DNA of 63,973 nt, the filler included, from Octopus bimaculoides (taxonomy: Eukaryota): assembly GCF_001194135.2 (NCBI RefSeq). It is 5 parts of 5 records of this genome, joined end to end, with 100 filler letters (N's around TTAATTAATTAA, not from the genome) between each part and the next. Parts side by side here need not be neighbours in the genome. Positions count along the whole stretch, not along the records: positions 41,979 to 53,811 come from NC_069005.1; positions 53,912 to 56,712 come from NC_068989.1; positions 56,813 to 63,973 come from NC_068997.1; 2 more parts are not named here. One strand, given 5' to 3'. Shown piece after piece: positions 53,481-63,973 of the stretch (position 1 is its first letter; each line of letters opens with the position of its first letter). Position numbers and translations under genes: made by a program. The notes under the pieces are model-generated. The model was not told the origin of the DNA. It saw nothing but the letters and a program-made list of their open reading frames with translations, and made no database searches.

Positions 53481-54682
53481 GCCACTACGTTCCTCCATGG
53501 AGCAAATTTGATTTGTGTCCGTGGGAAGAACCATTGTAACGATGCGTCCTGCCCTAACTCTTCTTAACGCCAGTGTTATAATAGTGGCAGCTGATGAAGG
53601 AAATGATCTCTATGTGGCGTGTGTGTTTTCTGTACCTTGTTTATCATTTTGTCCATGTTTTTTGCAACGTCATGTACCCAGATAGGCATCTATATATACA
53701 TGTAGATAAAGGTATGTACATACATGTACATATATAAGCATATACTCATATATTATTTATATATATATATACATATATATCTATATATATACATATACAT
53801 ATATATATATANNNNNNNNNNNNNNNNNNNNNNNNNNNNNNNNNNNNNNNNNNNNTTAATTAATTAANNNNNNNNNNNNNNNNNNNNNNNNNNNNNNNNN
53901 NNNNNNNNNNNAAATTAACTAATGAACTGTATTCTGGCATAATTGTGATTGCTTCAAGCATTACTACTGAAAACAAATTGTCCATGTAGATTTTCTTGGT
54001 AGCAAACGACTCAGGAATGTCAAAGGAGCATTCTCAGGTTTAAATTCAATAAAATTACCTCAAGGATTAAGCACAGTAAGAGCCTATATTCGTTTAAGTA
54101 CGGTAAAGATGTGAAGCAGTGACTAAAACCTTTCAAGCTTTTTGCCTTTAACATTTTTCTCTTTATTCAAACCAATTTATGCAAAGTTGCTTATCGTTAT
54201 TAGTATATATTCATGCCTATTATTCATTCCATAAGCTCCAAAGTTTGTAAGGATTTTGCTACAATCTCCCTATTCTTCATAGTTGTTGAGCATGTGCTAT
54301 AACATAGGTGGTGCAATGGAAAACAAATGTCTGACCTGATAACCTCAGTGAAGACAATAACACCGCATATCTATGTGAGGGAAAATTAAGGTCACATACG
54401 CATGAGTCCACCCACAGTGCATGTCCCTTCATTGGTCGGGATGCAATGCTGGAGTGCATTGTGTGTGGTGTGTACTTTCTGCTTGAACTCAAAAATTGAG
54501 TGTGTATATATATATAAAATACAATGTGGTTGTAGGTCATAACACCTAGGCAATGCTGGGGTGCATTGCTCGTATAGAGTTATTGCTTACTTTGACATAT
54601 TGTACTTGCTTCAGCTTACAGAGTACACATCTCTCTCATGAAGTTAAAGCAGAATCCTTTTTATATATATATTGGTTTCAAA

Positions 54683-54800
54683 TTTTTGGTACAAGGCCAG
54701 CAATTTCGGGGAAAGGAGTTAAATTGATTGCGTTGACCCCAGTACTGAACTGGTATTTATTTTATCAACTCCCAAAAAGATGAATGGCAAAGATGACCCA
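54683..54800 (-). mobile_element. SINE family C, 3' fragment
   Basis: ggtacaaggccagcaatttcgggg…gaccccagtactgaactggta…gatgaatggcaaag matches the other C copies. Confidence 0.7.
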
Positions 54801-55299
54801 TGTGGAACTGGCACAGGTACTTTATATGTGTCTGCAAGGCAAGGACCTTTTGACTGAGAGAGAGTGGGGGGGGCATGGCCATAAAGGACATGCCTGTATG
54901 TATGGAAGGCCCCAAACTACTACACCAGTTGATCCTTACTCGATTGTAAAGTAAAGCCAAAATGAAGATTTTTTTTTAACATACTCGTGCTTGGTAGAAT
55001 AATAGTTTGTTTTTACATTGGTTTGGAATTTTAATTTATTAGTGCTGATATTGTCTACTGCCAAATTATCACTGTAGAATATGTTTACTACTGGATATTA
55101 TTAGAACTTCAATTATGGTTATATTTCTTTAAATTATATTTCTACTAGAATTACTTATATCTGTTTGGAAACTATAAATTATCAACAAATTGTATTGTTT
55201 TTTTTTTTTAGTATAATGCTATCAATTGGACAAACAGAAAATGTAAAGAGATTGGGATAGAGATCAAATTTGGAATTGATAATTATATATTTCAACCCC

Positions 55300-55482
55300 T
55301 AGTGCTGGAGCCATGTAAAAAGCACTCACTACTCCCTGTAAAGCAGGAAGGACATCCAGCCATAGAAACTAAACCAAAACAGACTTTGGAGTTTGGCACA
55401 GTCATCTGGCTTGCCAACAGTTCTCAGACCTTCCAATCCATGCCAGCATAGAAAATGGATGTTAAATGATGATGGTGATGGC
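55300..55482 (+). mobile_element. 3' end of repeat family E with a (GAT)n tail
   Basis: ccatgccagcatagaaaatggatgttaaatgatgatg matches the reverse complement of 56612-56712. Confidence 0.65.
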
Positions 55483-56392
55483 TAAAATTTAAAAACGAAA
55501 AATTGCTTGAACCCAATTAGAGCATTATGTCATGACATTTTAAGTGTTAAAGGCAACACTGGATTAAAAAGAAAGAAAATAGCGGCGTGGTGGGTGGAAA
55601 GAATATATACATATTAAGATGGAGTGTTGGGATAGGAAAATGTAACCAAGTCTCTTTGAAATTACAATTAACTAAATAGTGTAAGTTTTAATATTTAGGA
55701 TAAAATATCAGTGTAGCTTCCCTGTTGAACTTCCTTTTAGTCATAAATACTTTTATTCTAATAGCCTCTTTCCTCAAATTGCTGCTCTCCAGAACATCTT
55801 GTTCTCCTTTGCTCTATGATATTCAGTCTTTTAAGCTTTCTGTTGAATTTGTAGGCTCCTTCTTTTCCTTCTTTATAGTCCCTTATACTACAATGGCCCC
55901 GACACTTGTTTGGAACAGAATCATATAAAAATTAAAAAAATCCCAGTTTAGAATAGGTACATCACTTCCCTTCATGTCATAAAGTTGTGACTAAGAGGTT
56001 TAGCATCAAAAAGAGCATCAGATTGTAAATTGCTGCCTCGGAAAGAGACTCCATGATGGCTATGGTTATATAGGATATGGTGCACTGCAAAACATCCCGT
56101 GGTACTCCTTGCTAGAACTTGAGGTGTGAACCCAACCGAAGTTGATTTACAATGGTCTGGTACCTGATGTTTCTTGTTTCTGAAAGTGATTGATTGAAAG
56201 GAGTGATGGAAATGAATGAAGAAGGATACAGAGGAAGACTAAGAGACCTGGATCAAGGTGATGGAAGAGGAAAATGAGGGCAAGGAGAGATGTAGAAAAC
56301 AGGACAAAATACAGAAGACTGTCATGGGGCCCTGCAAGAATAACTCTTGTTTTAGCTGGGGGAGGGCTTAAAATGCTTATTCTTTTTTTACT

Positions 56393-56610
56393 CTTCTACT
56401 TGTTTCAGTGTCATTTGACTGTGGCCATGCTGGGGCACTGCCTTTAGTTGAGCAAATCGACCCCAGGACTTATTCTTTGTAAGTCTAGTACTTATTCTAT
56501 CGGTTTCTTGTGCCGAACCGCTAAGTTACAGGGATGTAAACACACCAGCATCGATTGTCAAGCGATGTTGGGGGGACAAACACAGACACACAAACATACA
56601 CACACACATA
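56393..56610 (-). mobile_element. SINE family A, 3' half
   Basis: Near-collinear with 9053-9274. Confidence 0.9.
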
Positions 56611-56611
56611 T

Positions 56612-56712
56612 ATCATCATCATCATCATCATCATCATCGTTTAACGTCCGCTTTCCATGCTAGCATGGGTTGGACGATTTGACTGAGGACTGGTGAAACC
56701 GGATGGCAACAC
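56612..56712 (-). mobile_element. 3' end of repeat family E with a (GAT)n tail, cut by a gap
   Basis: Reverse complement …aacccatgctagcatggaaagcggacgttaaacgatgatgatg. Confidence 0.7.
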
Positions 56713-58090
56713 NNNNNNNNNNNNNNNNNNNNNNNNNNNNNNNNNNNNNNNNNNNNTTAATTAATTAANNNNNNNNNNNNNNNNNNNNNNNNNNNNNNNN
56801 NNNNNNNNNNNNGACGGACGGACAGACGGACAGACGGACGGACAGACGGACAGACGGACGGACAGACGGACAGACGGACGGACAGACGGACGGACAGACG
56901 GACGGACGGACGGACAGACGGACAGACGGACGGACAGATGGGTGGATAGATGGATGGATGGACGGACGGACGGATGGATGGATGGATGGATGGATGGATG
57001 GATAGAAGGGTAGATAGATGGATGGCTGGACGGATGGATAGATGGGTGGATAGATGGATGGACGGATGCATAAATATCCATATTTATCTTTGCAAGCATA
57101 GATAAATATGGATGTGTGTGTGTGTGTTTGTGTGATAGATAGATAGATACATACATACATACATACATACATACATAGTTTGCATGTATGTATGTTGAAG
57201 AATTTGCTCCAAATGCAGCTGTACATATGTATATAATGGACAAAAAGCGTTTATTTGGGAAAATACTGCATATTCATTTAGCTGTCTATCTATCTATATA
57301 TATATATATATATNNNNNNNNNNNNNNNNNNNNNNNNNNNNNNNNNNNNNNNNNNNNNNNNNNNNNNNNNNNNNNNNNNNNNNNNNNNNNNNNNNNNNNN
57401 NNNNNNNNNNNNNNNNNNNNNNNNNNNNNNNNNNNNNNNNNNNNNNNNNNNNNNNNNNNNNNNNNNNNNNNNNNNNNNNNNNNNNNNNNNNNNNNNNNNN
57501 NNNNNNNNNNNNNNNNNNNNNNNNNNNNNNNNNNNNNNNNNNNNNNNNNNNNNNNNNNNNNNNNNNNNNNNNNNNNNNNNNNNNNNNNNNNNNNNNNNNN
57601 NNNNNNNNNNNNNNNNNNNNNNNNNNNNNNNNNNNNNNNNNNNNNNNNNNNNNNNNNNNNNNNNNNNNNNNNNNNNNNNNNNNNNNNNNNNNNNNNNNNN
57701 NNNNNNNNNNNNNNNNNNNNNNNNNNNNNNNNNNNNNNNNNNNNNNNNNNNNNNNNNNNNNNNNNNNNNNNNNNNNNNNNNNNNNNNNNNNNNNNNNNNN
57801 NNNNNNNNNNNNNNNNNNNNNNNNNNNNNNNNNNNNNNNNNNNNNNNNNNNNNNNNNNNNNNNNNNNNNNNNNNNNNNNNNNNNNNNNNNNNNNNNNNNN
57901 NNNNNNNNNNNNNNNNNNNNNNNNNNNNNNNNNNNNNNNNNNNNNNNNNNNNNNNNNNNNNNNNNNNNNNNNNNNNNNNNNNNNNNNNNNNNNNNNNNNN
58001 NNNNNNNNNNNNNNNNNNNNNNNNNNNNNNNNNNNNNNNNNNNNNNNNNNNNNNNNNNNNNNNNNNNNNNNNNNNNNNNNNNNNNNNNNN

Positions 58091-58228
58091 CCAAAATTTT
58101 TTTCAAGAGTCTTCTGATTCTTTTAATGTGCTAGTTTCCTGGTATTAAATTGATATTAATTAATATCAATTTAATACCAGGAAACTAGCACATTAAAAGA
58201 ATCAGAAGACTCTTGAAAAAAATTTTGG
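58091..58228. repeat. Perfect 138-bp palindrome without a spacer, abutting a gap
   Basis: 69-bp arms symmetric about 58159/58160; TTAATTAA at the centre. Confidence 0.95.
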
Positions 58229-58547
58229 GGGGATCCTAATAAGATTATAGTACTTGTGTATATAAGATTGACCAGTGACCGGTCTGTCCATCCATCTATC
58301 CACCCACCTATCCACCCATCTGTCCGTCCGTCTGTCCGTCCGTCCGTCTGTCCGTCCGTCCGTCTGTCCGTCCGTCCGTCCGTCCGTTCGTCCATCCATT
58401 CATCCGTCCGTTGATCCGTCCATCCATCCCTCCATCTATTCATCCGTCCATCCGTCCGTCCATCCATCCGTTCGTCCGTCCATCCGTTTGTCCATCCGTC
58501 CACCCATACATCCCTCCCTCCATCCCTTCTAGCATTTCTTCTATCTA

Positions 58548-58590
<43 letters not shown>

Positions 58591-58679
58591 TTATCCATCC
58601 ATCTATCTCTCAACCTATCTATCTATCAATCTATCTAATCAACCATATTTAAGTTCACTTAAGTATATTTTATATTATA

Positions 58680-59173
58680 TTGGTGGTGGTGATGGTGGTG
58701 ATGGTAGCGTGGTAGAGGTGTTAACCGTTACAATGATGGCGATGGTGATGCTGACGTTTACGAAGACTGGAGATGAAGAGAACATTGACAGCAAATAATA
58801 ACTAACACCACCACCACCACCACCACTACTACTACTACTACTATACCACCACAACCACCATTCCCACCGCCATTGCTGCTACTACTACTACCACCACACC
58901 CACCACCACTACCACTACTACTACTACTACTACTACTATACCACCACAACCACCATTCCCACCGCCATTGCTGCTACTACTACTACCACCATCACCACCA
59001 CCACCACTTCCACCACCATTGCTGCTGCTACTACTACTACTACCACCACCAGCCCCACCACTACCATCATTGCTACTACTTCTACTATTACTACCACCAC
59101 CACTTCCACCACCATTGCTGCTGCTACTACTACTACTATTGCTAATAATGATAATAATAATAATAATAGTAAC

Positions 59174-59226
<53 letters not shown>

Positions 59227-59290
59227 CAATAATAGTAATAATGCTGCTGCTGCTACCACTATTGCCAATACTAATGCCACATCCGCCAAC
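58680..59290. repeat. Compound trinucleotide array (GGT/ACC/ACT/GCT/AAT) with internal duplication
   Basis: Directly visible; ccaccacaaccaccattcccaccgccattgctgctac occurs twice. Confidence 0.9.
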
Positions 59291-59467
59291 AACAACACCT
59301 CGTCTTCCCCCTCAATTGTCACAGTATAACCACTTTAGCTTGTGTTGACACTCTCCACATCACTGTCACGTGACTAGTTAAGTGAATTGCCGCTCCTTGT
59401 CAACGTGACTGGCTTGTGTAGTTTTACTGTCCAAATACGTGTGTGTGTATGAATGTATGTATTTAGG

Positions 59468-59500
<33 letters not shown>

Positions 59501-59512
59501 AACTGTGTGTAT

Positions 59513-59623
<111 letters not shown>

Positions 59624-59832
59624 CGCAAACGTTCGCAGATACATAAACGCACACATATATGTATACATATAAACATACATGCATGTGTGTGAGTGTGTGT
59701 GTGTGTGAATGGATTTAGCGCTTATCTCACGAACTGAGTTTCACGCCACTGTGCTCTTCACGCCTGAAGATCCTAAGAATATTTCGATTCATGACAAAGA
59801 ATTAGTTTCAATATTAAGTTCCAATGAAGGTG

Positions 59833-60045
59833 ACGTGCTGGCAGAATCGTTAACACACCGAGAAAAATGTTTCGCGGCATTTCGTCCGTCTTTAAGTTCT
59901 GAGTTCAAATTCCGCCTAGGTCGACTTTGCCTTCCATCCTTTTGGGGACGATAAAATGCGTACCCGGTTGAGCACTTCGGTCGATGCAATCAACTAGCCT
60001 CCTTCCTCGAAATTGCTGGCCTTGTGCCAAAATTTGCGATCAATA
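59833..60045 (+). mobile_element. SINE family C
   Basis: gctggcagaatcgttaacacacc…gagttcaaattccgcctaggtcgactttgcc. Confidence 0.85.
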
Positions 60046-60154
60046 TTAGTTTCAATTAACAACATACTCTAGAACATGTATTGAGCACTCCAATCTCTTT
60101 GCTCTTGTAATGAGATGTCTTGAGGACATATGCGAATCCAAGTGTAACGTACTC

Positions 60155-60502
60155 TTGTGATTCTCAACCATTTTTTAATCTATGGAACCCTTTAATTACT
60201 ATTTTATTCTGGTGGACCTCCATAGCCATTCGATATTTAAAAGCTAGTTTTATAGAAACTTCTTTTAAAATTCCTATTTTGTTTTTCACACATTAACTTT
60301 CATAAGTTGAACTATGTAAAATGTTAGAGAAAGAAATCTAGCTGTTTCTTGCAATGCATACCAATACACAAATCTAAAGCAAAATGTTTCAAGAGCCCTT
60401 AAAATTCTACTCTGGATACCCAACTCACTATCTTGTTGCGTGGAACCCCAAAACTTTATTTGGACCTTCAGGAACCATATGGTCCCCGACTGAGGATCAT
60501 TG
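60155..60502. mobile_element. Diverged hAT-type MITE
   Basis: Degenerate TIRs ttgtgattctcaacc and gactgaggatcattg (CAGTGGTTCTCAACC type); subterminal ggaccc/ggaaccc motifs. Confidence 0.55.
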
Positions 60503-60739
60503 AGCTACACAAACTGGAAACTCCTCGTTCATAGTCCAAAATTCGGTTCCATAGAAATGAATGTGTTTGATACAAGCCCTGAAAAAGGCCAACCTTATTG
60601 ACTTTGAAATACTTGATTACCAGATGTTTCGAAGCTAATCATAGGCACTTCAGGCTAATATTTTGCGCATAAAAAAAATGTCTTCCTTAGAGCCAGGAAC
60701 AGAGGATAAAAGTTTCTTGAATTCACAGCAAACTAGTTT

Positions 60740-61225
60740 TTCGTCCATCCATCCTTTCATTTTCCCCATCAATTCGTAAGAGGGTGGCCGGGATAGAGTC
60801 ATTATGTACCTTCTCCCTAAGGTCCTATCACAAGTAACTTTCATTACATTATCTGCTTGGATTTCCAAGCGCGTCAAAGCAGGGAGTATGAATATTTTCC
60901 GTCCATCTCGTTCTTGATCTACCCCTTGATCTCATGCTGGCTGGCTCGGTTTGAAGAATCTGTCTAGCGATTCCTTCCTTTGACATTCTAATTGCATGTC
61001 TACGGTACCATAGCTGTGACCTCTAGCTGCGGAGAAGCAGCGGCTCAATCTTGAGAGACTCCCTGATCGTCAATCTACGCAGCATGTCGAAAACGTTACT
61101 CCAGAGGTCGTTCGAAAGAACCCCATTTTGGCCACTTGTATTCGCGGTCGTACTCTTTGGGTCATAACCAGATCTATTGAAACTTGTATTAAGTCATGGA
61201 AACAAGACACATGAGCGTAGCGAGG
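60740..61225 (-). mobile_element. RTE-clade LINE 3' fragment with a (GGAT)-like tail
   Basis: DMLRRLTIRESLKIEPLLLR, IRMSKEGIARQILQTEP..RSRGRSRTRWTENIH, TRLEIQADNVMKVTCDRTLGRRYI. Confidence 0.85.
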
Positions 61226-61407
61226 AACCTGCAATCAATATAGGGGTTTTGTGTTTAATAGGGAGAATCACAGTATTGCTCGAAGATTTTCGACTCACCG
61301 CATTACTTTTACGACGTCCTATCGTATTCGATTAAATCACAAGTCGTTACTTGTTTCGCCGCTCCCCACTTATTGTACGTGTGTGCGTGTGTGTATATGT
61401 GTGTGTC

Positions 61408-61441
<34 letters not shown>

Positions 61442-61745
61442 CGTACATACATACAAAAACACACGCACACACATACACGTATATATGTATATTATTGGCC
61501 GTTTATCTCCTTTAATGGCAGCAAGGCGAATTCGTGGGAGATTTCTTCATTTAACCTAGAAACCACCTCAACACAATAATTACTCTCCTGGCAGACAATA
61601 GCCATTTGTTGATGTACGTTTCTTTACATGCATACACACGCATACACACAATCAAACACACACACATACATACACACAGAAATACACACATACATGCATA
61701 TATATGCAAATATGTATATATGTATATATATATATNNNNNNNNNN

Positions 61746-61802
<57 letters not shown>

Positions 61803-61925
61803 CGCACAAGTATTTATAGATGTGTGTGTGTATGTGTATGTGTTTGTGCGTGTTTGTCTGTCTGTTTGTGTCTCTGTTTGTGTGCGTGTGCATGTATATA
61901 TAGGTATATACACACACATATACAA

Positions 61926-61976
<51 letters not shown>

Positions 61977-62522
61977 CACACATATATACAGGTACCTGCA
62001 CCCATACATATACATACATATATATATATATATATACACACACATATATACATACATATATACACAAACACATATATATACATATATACATGCATGCACA
62101 CATATACACAGACACACATGCATACCCTCACACACACCTACATATACACTAATTAAAACAATGTAACAACCCTCCGACACAATGCAGGATATGATTTTAC
62201 GCTATTGCAATACGACAATAAAGATCAGTTTATGGCATTTGCAGTTTGTATTTTATATATTTCTTTCTCTTTCTCTACATCTTTAGTTACCAGTACTTTA
62301 TAAATAATTCTCTCCCCACCCATCCACCCACACCCGCTTCTCTTCCCTAGAATATATGGAAGCCACCTGACGTGCTATTTGGAGTCTTTGATGATATTCT
62401 CGCGAGAAACGCCTTAACTCATTTATAGGTGTTTCTCTATGATTGTAATATGTCTATATATGTGTTCATGTCATTTGTTTATGTATGCGCATGTGTGCTC
62501 AGAGATATATATGCATGCGTGC

Positions 62523-62560
<38 letters not shown>

Positions 62561-62587
62561 CTATGTGCATATATATGTGTGTATGTA

Positions 62588-62640
<53 letters not shown>

Positions 62641-63099
62641 TTATATCTATATGTGTGGTTGTGTACAATTACGTAAGTAGATACACACCAACTATTTGTA
62701 TACACACAGACACACAACATGATAGGCACACACAACCACACACACACTCGCACACACACATACACACTCTTATACACAAACACAGAGGCCACATTATTTA
62801 CATTGTTAGCAATCGATTCGAAAACGAACATTTCACAAATTAGTTTCAATCACACATTGTCATCGATCACACATGTCCATCGATTGTTTGTTCTATTTGA
62901 TACAGCATTTTGTCCTTCGTGGGTTAATTGTGGCCTTAGGTAAGTTTATCCCGTCCTCACTTAGCCCCTCATTTACTTCATCGATCAGAAATAGCAACGA
63001 AGCTCTCCAATCACAGCACGGCGTCTTAAAATAAACAAAGGATATAAATGATAATGTGATCCTATATTTGAGGACAGACGGGATGGTCATCGCTGGAAC

Positions 63100-63631
63100 G
63101 CCCTTCGATCAGGGGTTGCTTTCTTTTTATCAAAATTAAACTATGAATCAACAACAAAGCTTTAGTGAGTTCTTCAGAGTCCTTGAGAGTCCACCGATCG
63201 GACGTTTTTCACTTATACACTTGCTTTAGATAAGACGTTTCGGAAAGGCGTTCGTCACCAATTCTGGTAATGTAAACAGGCCATGGACGTTGAGCTTTCA
63301 GTAGAAGACTGGATGATAGGCAACACTGTGCAGTTGTTGACCTCAGGGTCTCATACCTTCCTATGCAAAAGAATTTGCAAGATATTTTCTGTAAGCAACC
63401 CTGGCGGTTTGTATTAAGCATTTTGGCTAGCCGTCAGTAAACAGTCCATGTCTGATTGAGATACAACAAATATTGCATAAGAATAGCGTTGTAAACCTTC
63501 AACTTTGTTTGTGTACTGAAACCCTTCTTGACACAGAAGTTCTTTCAAAGTTTACAAAAAATGTGGTGCTGATTTTGGAAATTTCAGTGTTGATCTCATC
63601 ACCGAAGAGGACAATTCTGGAAATGCTGGAA
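63100..63631 (-). mobile_element. RTE-clade LINE 3' fragment, abutted by a SINE B insertion
   Basis: TQTKLKVYNAILMQYLLYLNQTWTVY, GCLQKI, LLKAQ..W..YITRIGDERL, KRPIGG..DSLKNSLK. Confidence 0.85.
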
Positions 63632-63966
63632 ACTCGCGGTCGTAGGATTGTGGTTTCGATTCCCAGACCGGGCGTTGTGAGTGTTTATTGAGCGAAAATA
63701 CCTAAAGCTCCACGAGGCTCCGGCAGGTGGGGGGGCGAACCCTGCTGTATTCTTCCACCACAACTCTCTTTCTTCCTGTTTCTGTTGTACCTGTATTTCA
63801 AGGGCCAGCTTTGTCTCACTCTGTGTAACGCTGAATCTCCCAGAGAACTACGTTAAGGGTACACGTGTCTGTGGAGTGCTCAGTCACTTACACGTTAATT
63901 TCACGAGCAGTCTGTTCCGTTGATCGGATCAACTGGAACCCTCGTCGTCGCAAGCGACGGAGTGCT
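63632..63966 (+). mobile_element. SINE family B
   Basis: actcgcggtcgtaggattgtggtttcgattcccagacc head; body matches the other B copies. Confidence 0.92.
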
Positions 63967-63973
63967 CCTTTAT

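Overview
Eukaryotic, AT-rich, microsatellite-saturated genomic DNA with many N-gaps. It is most likely from an octopus or other coleoid cephalopod; this is inferred from the repeat landscape and SINE-like families, not from a search. No intact protein-coding gene, rRNA, functional tRNA or CRISPR array is supported, and nearly all ORFs in the track are translations of microsatellites or gaps. Recognisable content: a 5'-truncated Penelope-like retroelement (PLE), an internally deleted Helitron, a near-full-length decayed Tc1 element with long IR/DR termini, several mariner remnants, hAT-type MITEs, four RTE-clade LINE 3' fragments and many copies of about six SINE-like families. Most interesting signals: (1) several type I hammerhead-ribozyme motifs with palindromic stem III, each followed by a short pyrimidine-rich tail that runs into a (TA)n or (CA)n array, one of them in the arm of an inverted-repeat element; (2) a phase-consistent five-exon, stop-riddled gene relic at 14.5-16.1 kb on the minus strand; (3) an ORF1-like, RT-less poly(A) element sharing its 3' tail with a SINE; (4) two long near-perfect fold-backs. 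Four 44N-TTAATTAATTAA-44N spacers are assembly artefacts. Family assignments rest on motif recognition by eye and need Dfam/HMM confirmation.
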